Origin: Sminthopsis crassicaudata
Taxonomy: Eukaryota
Assembly (NCBI RefSeq): GCF_048593235.1
Contig: NC_133621.1
Location: 152,979,341 to 153,043,340, forward strand
Direction of reading: 5' to 3'
DNA length: 64,000 nt
The notes below the pieces were generated by a model, which searched no databases, was not told the DNA's origin, and saw only the letters and a list, made by a program, of their open reading frames with translations. Shown piece after piece: positions 27,770 through 41,052 of this stretch. Every line of letters starts with the position of its first letter. The first letter of the stretch is position 1. Both the position numbers and the translations under genes were made by a program.

Positions 27770-27945
27770 ATATTACAGGATAATAGACTTAAGACTGAAT
27801 GGGGCCTTGAGGCCATTCTAGTTATATCTCCTCATTTTATAGAAAAAGAAAATTGAGGCTCAGAGAGGATAGTGATCTCCCTAAATCAAGCAGGGAATAA
27901 AAGGCATAACTAAATTTTAACTCAGATCTTCTGAATCCAAATCAG
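27770..27945 (-). mobile_element. MIR-family SINE
   Basis: ggggccttgaggccattctag...ctcctcattttatagaaaaagaaaattgaggctcagagagg. Confidence 0.75.
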
Positions 27946-28159
27946 TTAGTTAATAAAACAACAGGCACTTATTAATCATCTGTTTTGAAAGAACTTTACT
28001 AGGCATCAGTGATACAAAGGCTAAACTTTGTGTCTATCTTTTATAAGAGCTCCTATTCTACTAAAAACATGGCAGTATGGTACAGTTGTCAACATATTAC
28101 TTTGGCCAAGAAAGAGTTTTGTTATGGTTTTATTTGTCCAAAACATGTTTGTTCTCTAA

Positions 28160-30495
28160 GGCTCTGTCCTAAATTGTCTTCTCATCTTACTCTTGCTTCA
28201 TTCTCATCTTGCTTGCTGATCTCATCATTTCCCGAATAAGCTCTATTACTGTCCTTATGCAAATGATTTCTATGTCTGTAAAATGAGAACTCCTTTCTCT
28301 CCTAAGCCCAAGTCTTGCATAACCAAACTGCTTTTTAGAGATCTCTAATTTAATGTCTTATAAGCATCCCAAACTTAAAATCTCCAAAACTTAATGCATA
28401 ATTCTTTAACCATTCCATACATTTTTTACTCTCAATAGTACTACTGTGTCCTTAGTCTTTACAAGGTCAATATTTTCATTGGCTCTTCATTCACTTTCAA
28501 CCCTTATATACAATCATTTGTTACCTACTCCAAATCTCTGGCATATATCCACATTTCTGTACTGACATAGCCAATGCTCTAGTATAGGCTTTTATAATTT
28601 CAAGACAAGATTATTATTGTGCATACCCATTGATCCAGTAGTGTATCTCCTGGATCTGTATCTCCAAAAGATCATAAAAGAAGAAAAAGACCCACATGTG
28701 GAAAAACGTTTGTAGCAATTCCTTTTTGTAATGGCAAGAAACTGGAAACTGAGTGGATGCCCATCAGTTGAGGAATGGATGAATGAGTTATATGTGAATG
28801 TAATTAAATATTATTGTTCTATAAGAAAAGATGAATGGGCTAATCTCAGAAAAGCCTGGAAAGACTTTCATGAATTGATCCTAAGTGAAGGGAATAGAAC
28901 CAAGAGATCATTGTACACAGTAACAAGATCATGTGATGATCAACTGTGATGGACTTGGATTTTTTCATTAATGAGGCAAGTCAAGGCAATATAATAGACT
29001 TGTGATGGAATACTTTTTTTTTTTAATAATAGCTTTTTCTTTTCAAATATATGCAAAGGCAGTTTTCAACATTCATCTTTGTAAAACTGTGTTCCAAAAG
29101 TTTCTCTCTCTCTTCTCCCTCTCCCCTCCTCTATTCATTCACCCTTGCAAAATCTTGTGTTCCAAATTTTTTTCTGCCTCCCTTCCCCTCATGTTCTTCC
29201 CCAGACAGCTAGTAATCTAATATATGTTATACATTGTACAATTCTTCTGTATATATATTTCCACATTGATCATGCTGCACAAGAAAGATTAGATCAAAAA
29301 GAAAAAAATGAGAAAAATGATATATGAATATAATATAATATTATTATTTTATAAGAAATGATCAGCAGAATGCCTGGAAAGACTGATGCTAAGTGAAGTG
29401 AGTAGAACCAAGAGAACAATGTATACAGCAACAGCAAGATTATGTGATGATCATGTCTGATGGACATGGCTCTTTTCAACAATGAGGTCATTTAGGCTAA
29501 TTCCAATAGATATGTGATAGTGAGAGCCATCTACATCCAGAGATGCATATCTTTAGATATTGAGATCACAGAGATAGTGAGTTTAGGATGCTTATAGGAC
29601 ATCAAATTAGAGGTCTCTAAAAAAGTTTGGTAATGCAAGATCACAAGATAATATTTTCACCTTTTTTGTTGATCATATAATATTGTTGTTGCTGTGTATT
29701 TGTACTATAACTTGTTCAGCCATTCCTCAATTGATAGATATCCCTCCAACATTTATCTTATCTTTTCCTGTCATCTTAGCCCATCTGAGAGGTATGTAGT
29801 TTTACCTCAGAGTAATCTTAATTTGCATTTCTCTGATCAATAGTGATTTAGAGCATTTAGAAAACACTATCTAAAAAAGAGATGAAATTATTGTGATAGC
29901 AATAGCTTTCTAGTTGGTCTCACTGTCTCAAATCTCTCCCTGTTCCAATAAATTTTCCACTTAGCTGCAATGGTCATTTTCTAAAAGCATATATCAGATA
30001 TGACCATGTTACCCCCACTCATCAATATATTCAATTGGATCTCTATTATCTATAGGATCAAAAAAAATCCTCTATTTGGCATTTAAGGTTTTTCAACTGC
30101 CCTTTTGTATTATGCAATCATGTGATTCTATCCACAATTCCTTGCACAAGATACTCCATATCTTGACTCCATGTCTTTTTTAGTGGTCATTCCTCATACC
30201 TACAATGATTTCCTTTTCTCTCTGCCTCCTCTCTTCCCTAGCTCTCATGTTGTGAAACTTTACCAAGTGCTCCTCTGCACTAATGCCAGTGCCTTCCCGC
30301 TGATGTAACCTTCCATTCATACTGTGCATACACTGTTAATGGACATTATTTTTGCATGTTCTATTCCTCATTTTAATGTAAGCTGTTTGAGGATTGCTAC
30401 TATTTTTATTTTCATTATATCCTCACTATCCCCAGCCGCTATGGTAGCACAGTGCCAGACACAAAGTATATGTTTAATAAGTATTTGTTGTCCAA
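28160..30495 (+). mobile_element. L2 3' portion split by a composite L1 block (L2 at about 28160-28621 and 29896-30495)
   Basis: L2 motifs: aagcatcccaaacttaaaatctccaaaact; gcaatagctttctagttggtctcactgtctc; terminus tagcacagtgccagacacaaagtatatgtttaataagtatttgttg. Confidence 0.75.
28622..29886. mobile_element. Composite of four L1 pieces in alternating orientation (+ 28622-29010; - 29012-29325; + 29340-29545; - 29680-29860)
   Basis: ORF2 C-terminal MARNWKLSGCPSVEEW on +; antisense 3'UTR; a second + piece ctaagtgaagtgagtagaaccaagaga; antisense ORF2 aatttgcatttctctgatcaatagtgatttagagcat. Confidence 0.85.
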
Positions 30496-32619
30496 CTGAA
30501 TGTGATAGCATTGGTCATATGAATATATATCCATTGATGTTAAGCTGATTTTGAGAGCTGACTTTGATCAGATGGAAACAATTTATCTATTCCATTTCCC
30601 TCTAGTTAGTGCCTTGTTAACTGATTGCTATATTTCATTCTACACACCCATTTCATTCCTTTATTGTTATGTTTTAAACAAATGGATCTCCCTGCAAGGG
30701 ATTATGTAAATTGTAGCTTTCAAATTGCATGTTTTAAATAGCTGTTAGAGATATTGCAAATAACTTTGGAGTTGACTTAATAAATTTTCCATGTGATCAA
30801 GTCAGGAATTTAATGATATGATCACAATACAACAGAATCACTTTGACCAAAATGCAAAATAAAATGTAGTTGAACAAAAAAATTATAATAATACATGCCA
30901 AAAATTGACAAGTTATCATTATGAAGCATCATAATTAATCTTCAGATAATAAGCAAGACCTTAAGAAAGATCTGACAGATAGACGTAGTATTATTGATTA
31001 TTTCTAAGCAAATGTAGACTTTTTTGAAATGGAAAAGGCAACAATAAGACAGTTAACTGCTGTTATGAAGGAAAAAAAAAAACATTTGTCTTAAGATCTT
31101 CAAAAGAGGAGAGAAGCAAAAGTTAGAATAAAGATAATTCTTATGGCTGAAACCCATCTTTTTAAATTCAAGGCCATGCCAAAGCTATTTTCAGGAATTC
31201 AGGTGAGCTTGTAAAATATGAATATCATAATCAAACAATAAAAATATCCATTGATAATATTCTAGGAATTAAAAAAATTTCCAGCGGGTTTGGATGTCTT
31301 TTCCTTACTGAGGGAATGATAAGACTTGACAGATATACTGATTGACTAAGAAGTAGAGTTTTTCCTGCATTACAGAAATCCCCAAATGAAAATGGAATTC
31401 TATAACAGTCTTACAACAGGCAGCACACCATGGAAGGTTGCAAAATTTGTACAAAAGATAAACAGGTAAAAAGAGTTTGAGAATTTATCTGACTTAAGAT
31501 TGTTTGAAAACTTATGGTGTATAATTAAGGCTAGACCTGGGAAAATGACTGTTCATCAAGGATATAGCTTAAGTCTGATGTAATATAATACACATTTCCA
31601 TGATGAAAAATTTTCAAAACTCACACATTAATGTAAACTCAATATCAAAGTATGTAAAACATAGAAGATAGTTGCATCATAAAAGATTTTCCTTTCAAAT
31701 GAAAAAAAATGTAAAATCTATTTTATAATAATGCATTCATTTATTTTGCTTTGTCCACATTATTGTCAATACATTGTTGTATGCTTAATAACATTCCAAC
31801 ATAGATATTGGATGTTATTGTGTCTATAGGAGGGAAAGAATACACTCTTCAAAGTTTCCAACTGTAATCATAATTCTAAAGAGAGTTAACTATCATGGTG
31901 AAAAAGATTATGTGAGGCACAGAAAGGAAAAGAACTAAGTGTTCTTCTTGTATGAGAAATTGAGTTAATTGTTAAGGAAAAAATCTTAAGGGATATTTTG
32001 AGTAAACTACCTTTGGTTTAGATTTTGGAAGAGACAATATATGAAAAGAACCCTTTAGTGACTTAAATTACCACTCTAAAATAATTGTTTTCAAAAGTTG
32101 AAGAAAAGTTGTGGCAGTATCATGTCTCCCCTTACTTTAGAAGATCACTGAGGTGAATCTATCTCTGAATCTTATCACCATACTGCAAACATTTATTTAT
32201 TTTTTTATAATTACTTGCTATTAAGATAAATTATATAGAGTAAAACTTATGTTTAAATCTATGGGACTGGGAGATTTGAACATGTTTATGAGAGAAAAGG
32301 CAGTGAATATTTATAGACAAATGAGTTTGCTCTGTTTTATTTACAAACTAGGAAGGGACTTAGAGATAATTGATCAATTAATGAATATATAAACATTTGT
32401 AACAATTTTAAAGGAAATATTAGAACATATCCTTTGACTCCCTTTTTACTTGGTTGTAAGAACCGATAAAGAGAAGAGCCAAAAGTCAACAATAAAAAGA
32501 GATAAGGCATCTTATGATTCTCACAAAATTCAGAGAACAGTCATCCTCCACTCCATTGATGTTATAAATGGGCTATCCTCCTCCAAATCCCATTTTATAG
32601 ATATAAACATGCATACAAA

Positions 32620-33190
32620 ATAATCCATGATGATTTGTCTGATGGGAGTAGGGAGGAAAGCAGTGGCAGCTGGAAAGACATTACACATAGGTGGCTTTTG
32701 ATGAATACTAAAGAAGAATAAGAATTCTAGGGATGAGAGGTAAGAATAAAGTATATTATAGGCAGAAGGGACACACCATGCAGAGGCACAGAGATAAGAA
32801 TGGAGAATAGAAAATGAAGAATAATATGGCCCATTCCACAGAATATGCAAAAGTGACTCTTATGTAATGAAGTTGCAAAGGTAAGTTGAAGCTAGGTTGT
32901 AAAAGCCTTAAAATGCTGAGCAAGGGTTTATTTTGAAACTTTATTAAGACACTAAGAAACTATTTTGAAACTAGAAAGCCATGGCATTTTCTTTGAAAAG
33001 GAGGAGTCATATAAGTACAATATTTTGGGAAAATTACTTCAGCAGTTATGTGGAAAATGGACATTAGTAGGAAGAGACTTGACTTAGAAAAGTCATTCAA
33101 GAAGCAATTTTTTAGGAAAGGTGGTTGAGGACTTGAACTAGGATAGTAGTTGAGTGTGTGTGAATAGAAGGGGAGAAACATAAGTAATAG
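32620..33190 (-). mobile_element. L2 fragment
   Basis: Purine-rich antisense L2 pattern: ggcagaagggacacaccatgcagaggcacagagata...ggaaaattacttcagcagttatgtggaaaatgga...gacttgaactagg. Confidence 0.7.
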
Positions 33191-33544
33191 ACTCTTTCCA
33201 CTGAATCATATGGCTCCTAATTTTCCTGAGAAGTGAGATTTAACTCTTTGGGAATTATTATTTCAACATTTCTACTCATATCACTCAAATGTTAATGAGC
33301 TGAAATTGTAAACAAAATAAATAAGGAAAACAATGTTAGGTTTTGTTTGAATGTCTAACCTCTAACCATTAACAACCTTTAGGAATCAAAAAACAAACAA
33401 AAAAAAAAAGTATCTATAATCTGAAGATAATAGTTTCATTTTAATGTGAACACAAACACATATTTTAGAGTTTATAAAAGTTTTATAAATCTAGGAGATC
33501 TTTGATATTCATGGGCTTTCCATTAGAAAAGAAAAAAGATCCTA

Positions 33545-33725
33545 AGATTCATAGCTAGAAGGGATCAGCGTTGACATTAATGAAGTCCAGCTCCTATATT
33601 TTATCCATTAGAAAATTGTGGCCCAGAAAGGTAAAACCACTGGGCCAAGATCACACAGCTCATAAGTAACACATGGGAAATAGATTCTCCTAATCCAATT
33701 TCAGAGTTCTTTTGCCATTCCATAT
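33545..33725 (-). mobile_element. MIR-family SINE
   Basis: tagctagaaggga...gaaaattgtggcccagaaaggtaaaaccactgggccaagatcacacagct. Confidence 0.75.
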
Positions 33726-34704
33726 ATTTAACTAAATGCATAATATTTTCACACACACACACACACATCCACACATACTTCATTTCCCTTCCTGCTGCTA
33801 CATTCTTTGGAGGAAGGAATAAAGGTCTATCTACATCACCTTTTTCTGATCACAGCTTATATAGAGACCAATGGGAAGTCTAAAATATTTTTATCTTTCA
33901 AAATTCCCTGCTTTTCCCAGGAGGTCTTTCCTTGCCAAAGCAAACTTGAGTGTAAGGATTTGATAAGCCCCAACTAACTAAAGTTATTCATATTGTTATT
34001 CATGTTCAGATGTGTATGCTACACTCTCTTCACATGCTTTTGTGAAAATGATGGGTGAGACTGGACTTTTTTTTCTCCCAAAAGAAAGAAATCAAATTGT
34101 TCCTTACCAGCTCAAAGAGAGGGTTGGCTTGCTCGATAACTCATAAAAAATTAAACAGAAGCTACATCTTCTTGCTTTCATTTAATTTTATTTATTTTAA
34201 AAATCAACTATTGCAGCTATTCAAAAAAACACTATGATGTAATTGAACTGGAAAATCAACAATCAATTCATAACAAAAGAAAAAAGACCAAAAACTGTGT
34301 GGCATAAAACATAGTTGGGTGAAGCAGAAAACCTGATAAATAGTCTTACAATGAAATTTTTTTTTTTTACAAAAATGGATGTTTATGGGTTATTGCTACA
34401 GATGGAAAAGATGTACCATGCAGAACTTTCACTAATGTGTGAAATCTGGATAGTATATCAACAAATAAGATTAATATGGTATTTCATTTATATAGGCCAT
34501 GCCAAGATTATAAAGAATTTGATTAAAATTTTACTTAAACTTTTTAAATGCTCTCTTGATCCTTTATTTTATTATTGTCCAATATCATAAAAGGATTTGC
34601 TAAAGGGATTTGTCATTTAGTTTGAATAGAAGCCTTGTACATTTGAAATGCCATTGTATAGGAAAAATATTAGACTTATTATTCTATGTAGTTTTTGCTG
34701 ACAG

Positions 34705-34820
34705 AATTGGGTGGAGGGAAGAGGAATAGGAGGAAAAGGAGGAGGAAAGAGTGGTGACAGGAAGGAGAGAGGGAGAGAGGAAGAGAGTTGGGGAGAGTGG
34801 GAAAGAGAAAGTTTGGGGGG
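34705..34820. repeat. Purine-rich (GA) low-complexity tract
   Basis: Direct reading. Confidence 0.85.
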
Positions 34821-35444
34821 CAAAGATTTGACATTTGAAAATATCAAATTTTATATTTCCCAAACAAATTACATAATTTTCTTCAAAATGCCTCTGTTCC
34901 TAACTTCCTGATATATGTTGATGATATCAACATTTTTCTCCTAATCTGCAATCACTAAACCATTTCTTAGCATTATGTAATCCAGTTTGCTTTTTTACAC
35001 ATGAGAACAAGCTGGTAATAGAAAAAAGACATTTGTGCCTCTCAGGATGCTCCTGTAGAACAATGAGGAATAATATGTAGCCATTCTGACAGTTCAAGAG
35101 AAAGAGTGAATCAGATAATGCACATTTCACCAAAATTCAAGACTTTCTGTAGTCTAACTTTATTCTAATTTTCTAATCTCTTACTACTTCCCTTTAACTC
35201 TGTTAATGTTCCATTTTACTGGACTACTGATCCTCCAGTTTCATCCTGCCTTTAAGCATGTATGCATATTTGCTCAATTCCAGAAATGCAATTACACTTC
35301 ATCTCTTTGTGTTGTAATCCTTTATTCAAGGTTCAGTTCAACTGCCACCTCCTCCTATGAGTGTTTCTCCTACCCTTCAGAAGCAATGCTACCCTTTACA
35401 TTTTTCATACCATATTGTTTTCTTCTGGGTACTTAATCAAAGGA

Positions 35445-35665
35445 AGCTAGGATAAATGCTGGTCTTTGAATCAAGAACTCCTGAATTCAAATCTTGCCTC
35501 AGATATTTAGACATTAAACATTAGACAAGTCACTTAACCTGCATATATCTTAATTCACTGGAGAAGAAAATGGCATACCACTTCACTGTCAAGAAAACCT
35601 CATGGATAGCAAGGTCCATGGGATCATAATGATTCAGACATGACTGAATGACTAAACAACAACAA
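35445..35665 (+). mobile_element. MAR1 SINE with internal deletion
   Basis: gaagctaggataaatgctgg...agacaagtcacttaacc...ctggagaagaaaatggcataccac...gactgaatgactaaacaacaaca. Confidence 0.8.
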
Positions 35666-35859
35666 ATACTTAATGATATAATGATCAAACTTAATTACCT
35701 TTAACTTTTATTATGGTTTTCCATGAGTGTTCATTTTCTCTATAACTAATAGTATATAAGTAATATAGCAAGAGAATAGCTTCTTATAAACAACTGTCCA
35801 TTTTCATTTTCTTATTCCCTAGTCTTCTATCTTCTAATGACAAAATTCTTCAGTTGGAG

Positions 35860-36030
35860 GGTTTATAAGATCAGAGATTTGGAGTTGGAAGAAATAGAAG
35901 TCCATTTATCTCATTTTACAGATGAGGAAACTAAAGCCAAGGGAAGTTAAATGAATTACTGAAAATTACACAAATAAGAAGTGTCATAGTTAGGACTGGA
36001 ACCCAGGTCCTTTGACGTCATAATCAGGAT
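35860..36030 (-). mobile_element. MIR-family SINE
   Basis: ctcattttacagatgaggaaactaaagccaagggaagttaaatga...ggactggaacccaggtcc. Confidence 0.8.
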
Positions 36031-36963
36031 TCTGAAAACTTATTTTGATAAACTTGTTGCATCTTGTTGGGCTTCTCAAGCCCTATGACTTGTGCCTCAA
36101 TATTTCTCTCTGGATTTTATTATTTTAATATTCTAATTATTATAATATTAAATACATTGCATTATATTCATATATTATATATATATATATTATATTCATA
36201 TATTAATATTACAGTATAATAATATTATAATAAAATTTTACCAAAGGCCAAAGGCATAACAACAAAATATTTAATTAAAATACATTAAAGATGACAATAA
36301 TTATAATCATGGCATATAAATAGAAAAAAAATGTCTTTTTAACAGATTTTTTTCTCCAAATACTGCAAATCAGATTTCATGCATATATACTTTAATTCAC
36401 CGAATTCAGCACCCCTCACCAAGCATGCATTAAATACTGCATCAGAGAAACAAAGATGAAATGTGTAAATCCCTGTAATGAGGGAGCTTTTTGTTACATT
36501 TGATACAAAGCAATTCGACACCAGTAAACTCCTGCTATGTACAAGGAATGTTGCAATCTAGGAGGGAAATGAGATGTGTATTGCAATAAAAATAACATAA
36601 GAGGCTCTTCATTATCTCTACAACGTGAACATTGTAGATGAAAGTACTATGAGTCTTGATCTAAATAAACACATTGCTCAATTGGATTTCCTGACTCTAT
36701 ATACCATATGTAGCATGGTGATCTTTCTGGGCCTATTCTGCTGTTCTAAAATAACCTATTATAAATCATCCAACATGTTCAGATTTTTTCACATAAATCT
36801 GAAAAAAAATTCAGTAGGGTTCATATTTGTAGAAAATGACATTTGAGAAAAATGTGCTATTTTTTGAACACCAACAAAAAATTTTTCCCTTGAGGAATGA
36901 AAAATCCAACATGTTTTTACTTTCTCCTACTGAAGAGTAGAATACATTTCTTAGAATTTGATA

Positions 36964-37041
36964 TAGGGTGTCCCAACAATCTCAATACAATTTTAAGCTT
37001 CAATAACTTAAAAACACGCTAAGACTGTTTGTGACATCTTG
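36964..37041 (+). mobile_element. Tc1/mariner MITE (MARINERNA-like), 78 bp
   Basis: TA|tagggtgtcccaacaatctcaatacaattttaa...ttaaaaacacgctaagactgtttgtgacatcttg|TA: degenerate TIRs with TA on both sides. Confidence 0.75.
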
Positions 37042-37879
37042 TATTTCAATGATTAATAAAAGTTAAAGTTCATGTTTGCAGGAGCATGGAAGAGCTAATG
37101 TCCCTAAACATTGCAGGTATATTTCATTTCAATTTGATCTTTGTCCTATTTCATGGCACTGTCTTTGGAATACACAAACACACACACATATGCATATGTA
37201 TGTATATGTATATCAAGTCTATATATTATTATACATGTATGCATATATATGTGAATGTAAGATGTGTATTCCTGAGAAGTTCCACTTTTAAATTGGAAAA
37301 CACAAAGTTAAAATTCTTTTAGGAATTAAAAATGAGGTAATTTTCAAAGTGCTAATTTTAAATAATCAATTATTGCTATATTAATATTCTCTTATTTAAA
37401 AAAACTTTCCTTTCAATGATATATTGTCTAGGTTAATTTTGTTTTTCAGAATAGAAATATTGATTGCTCTTCCTACAATTTTTACTATTGCTATTATTGC
37501 TACTGCTGCTGAGTTCAGTTTTTAATTCCTCAAACCCAAGAGCTTCACTATTATTTGATGACACTCATCCATTTTCATACTGGTAGCATTGGTGCTCTTT
37601 TTTGAAGTATTGGGAAAAGAAAAATCTGGAAGACTGTTATTGAATTACAAGAGTGTTTGGATTATAAACTAAATTAGAATTAGCTTTTCATTATAAATTA
37701 GTTGCAGCTACTTTTAATATGTGAAACTGAAATAATATCTAAAGATATTATTAGCTTGGTTCTCTTAACATTTTTTGGATTCTAAAAGCACAACTTTAAT
37801 ACTTCAGTAGCTTTAGATAAAAGAGAAACCTCTACGTGTGAGATGAATAATTCCTCCCAATTCATTCTCTTTTCTTTCT

Positions 37880-38160
37880 TCCCTATCTTAACCAATTTTG
37901 GTTAGCCAGTTCAACTTGAAATTAAATACTTCTCCTTATCCAGACTCCTGATCACATTATCCACTGACATTTTACTAAGTCTCATTGCATGATTCCCAAT
38001 ATCTTTTGCTTCACTCCTACATATATACTATGTACTGAAAAGAGTTAAGAAAATCATGCAACTATTCCAACTGGACATATTACAAAGTTATTTTACACAA
38101 CTTTTATTGATTCCTCACTACTGCTAGGCAATCTTTCTACAACTTCCCTATAAATTTTAT
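37880..38160 (+). mobile_element. L2 ORF2-region fragment
   Basis: ctgaaaagagttaagaaaatcatgca...ctggacatattacaaa...cctcactactgctaggcaatctttctacaacttccct resembles L2 internal consensus as I recall it. Confidence 0.65.
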
Positions 38161-38315
38161 TTCCCTTTCCCTTTTCTTCTCTTTCCCCTTCTCTCTCTCA
38201 TCCCTTGCCCTTCTCCTTTCCTTTTTATTTCTTCATTGTTCCCTCACTCCCCCTCCCCTCCCCTCTCTTCTCTTCCCTTTTCTTCTCTGCTCTCTTCTCC
38301 ACTCCTTCCATCCTT
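38160..38315. repeat. Pyrimidine-rich (CT) low-complexity tract
   Basis: Direct reading. Confidence 0.9.
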
Positions 38316-41019
38316 CACTAGAGATCTTTTGGAAGAGAATGTATGACTAATTATTGGGGATGCTAGAGAAGAATAAAGTATTCTTTGATTAATTCGCATC
38401 TTGTCCTTTCCTTCTTTTAAGAGCCTGTGATTTGTTCTATTTTTTTAAGTCAGAGCTAATAATTATAAAGGGCCTGTATGTATCTCTCTTTGCAAATTGC
38501 CTATTTATACTATGATGTATGTATATTCATATTTCCACATTAAGGGAACAGATATTACCTATGCCTAAGTCTATAAATGACACTAGAGGCACTTTAGAGG
38601 CTCTGAAATGTCTGTTAGAAAAAGAATATTTCATCTATCTTATATTTGTAGTCATAGAATTATAGAATTGTAGAGCTGGAGGAGACCTTAGAGGTTACTT
38701 TTAAGTGATTTCACTAAATAAATGTGAATTATTTTTTGTCTGCAGTAGTTAACACACAACCTCTATCCAGGAAGACCCAATTAAGATTCAAATGCATCAA
38801 CCCCTTAGTGTGGATTAGTTTATGGCATTAATTGCATACCAGCAACCAGGACCTTGAAGGAACAAATATTACATAAAATTATTAACTCTTTCCAGGTAAA
38901 GTTTAGAATTTAGAAGAACTCAACTATGATAAGGGAAGGTAGGGAAGAGTAATTGGAACACTGGGTGCTCAAGGAAATTATATACACCAAAATTCTTGCT
39001 AGGATTAGAACTGTAAACAAATATGGAAGAAAGAAGGATGAAAATAAAATATCACTTTGATGGGGTAACAAAAAATAATTGTACTTGTTCACTCCCTAGT
39101 TCAGTATATTTATGTCAATTTTTAAAATGTAATATTAAGCATAACTTTCTACATTTTGTACACTTCTACATCTATTTGCTTGAAATAGTCAGTACATTTA
39201 TTCTCTAAGCTGGGTACATGGAGCAAATTAAATTAATTCTGGGAGACAGAATTTGGGGGACAATCCCCTTCTCACAAACATGGTCAGTCAGGTTCTGTCA
39301 TTTAATGATATTATTATTGTAATGACAACAGTATTTTTTGTTAAATTTCATTTCAAAATTTAGCTAGTGCCAATATGGCATAATCACATGGTTTTCTGTA
39401 ATAACATCCCTCTTTATAGACAGACTGTATCTACTCAGGGACAACAGTTTAATGACTATCATAAAGAAATCATATTGTATTTACACATAAAGAACCATAA
39501 CTAGTATGGGGATCAATTGGGCATTGCAACAGTGTTAGCATGAGGGTAGGGTTGGGAAGATGCATCTTCCACATGGCAACCAGCATCCTCATTCCCCCAT
39601 CATCTTCTGGGTCCTAATACCAGGTATGAAAGCTTGATTGCTCCATTTTCTGCTACTTCTAACTCATAAATACATACATTTTGCACAGGTGAAAAATATC
39701 TTAATATGGCTAAATGCAAATTTGAAATGTCCTGTTCTATGCCTCACGGTAAAAGCTGAAGGTGGTTATAGCAGTGAAGAGATCATAGACAGATACTCTA
39801 TGATATAAAATTCAACCTTGGATCAAGTCATTGAGACTTTCCTCAATTTTATGACTGATAAAATTAGGTTTGAGGAAACTGAAGACCAGACCTCTCTGCA
39901 TACCCTTCCATCTATATGTCAATTATTCCATACATCTAGCAATATATTGACAGGAGATATGATCTTTAAATGGCATGTGTGATCTATTTTATTTCTATAT
40001 AAAAACACTTTATGTACTGGAGTATTTTGTACTTGGTGAGAGAAATGATTATTAATAACCAATGATTTGGGAAGATTCAGATTTTTTCCTTTTTAGAAAA
40101 TTCTTTTTTCAAGATCACCATTTCTGAGGATTAAGCTAATCTCTTTTAGGCAGAACCTAATCAGTCACTGCCATTGTGTTCTGCTCAAGTTTAGGTGATT
40201 TTGAATAGATTGCCCAAGGCTGAGGGAAATTGAGAAGTGGATGACACAATCAAAATTCAGGCCCAGCCCCTCATTGTAATATTTATTCTCTCATTAATTA
40301 TTAACCAGAGTTGATTATCATCTTTTTGATGCCTTTGTTCTAAGAGAGAGAATGGCCAAATGATCATTCTTTTATTAAAATGCTGATATTATTTATAAAA
40401 ATGGTTAAATTAGCCAGAAATTATGTCTTTTGAATCTTTTAAACTGTCATACTTGGCAATAGATTTGCTTTATACTTACAAAATACCTTTTTATCTGTTA
40501 TATAAATGAAAGGAAACAAGAGGAAACTACACATTATATACCATTATATACCAATATCACCATTTCCTTAGGACATTTGTAATATAATGAAATCGCAGAC
40601 CAAGAATCTCAACTTATTGTGCTATCTACCTCATGGGGGCATTAGAAGAAAGGCATTTTACAAACCTTAAAGCTTTATATAAATGGGAGCTTTGTGAGTT
40701 TTAAAGATGCATACAGGCACTTATTTTGAAACAGTTTAGTTTGTCTTTCCAGCTATACTCTTCCTGTGAATCATGGATAAGGATTGTGGATATAATCATT
40801 ATATGAAGCCTCATCATCATAAAAAATCTTTTTTATAGCTCAACCTCAAACATTTTTTCCTCTTTCTTCCATTTGGGCTTCAGGCTTTGGGCAGTGTGAA
40901 AATAAATGAACCTTATCTGATGAAAAAAATTTAAATAAATTACAAAACCAATAATTGTGCCTTGGATATATGTCTGAATTAATGAATGAATTGAGTAAAG
41001 TAAAAATCTCTTATAATAG

Positions 41020-41052
41020 CTCAAAATCCAAATTCAAGTCCACGAAGACAAG
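41020..41052 (+). CDS. Candidate 33-nt micro-exon; (A)QNPNSSPRRQ if phase 1-1
   Basis: Acceptor aatctcttataatag|C and strong donor AAG|gtaagc; 33 nt; all three frames open; retained CpGs. Confidence 0.25.

Noticed and set aside
31173-31202. 30-nt exon candidate with donor CAG|gtgagc
   Set aside because: The acceptor is AAG with a weak tract and no peptide is recognised; such pairs arise by chance in 64 kb.
34107-34138. Minus-strand IEQANPLFEL, superficially like the myosin ANPLLEAFG motif
   Set aside because: It needs a rare GAG acceptor, and the motif does not continue as EAFGNAKT.
39689-39748. 60-nt exon candidate
   Set aside because: Moderate donor (gtaaaa), two equally open frames, no recognisable peptide.
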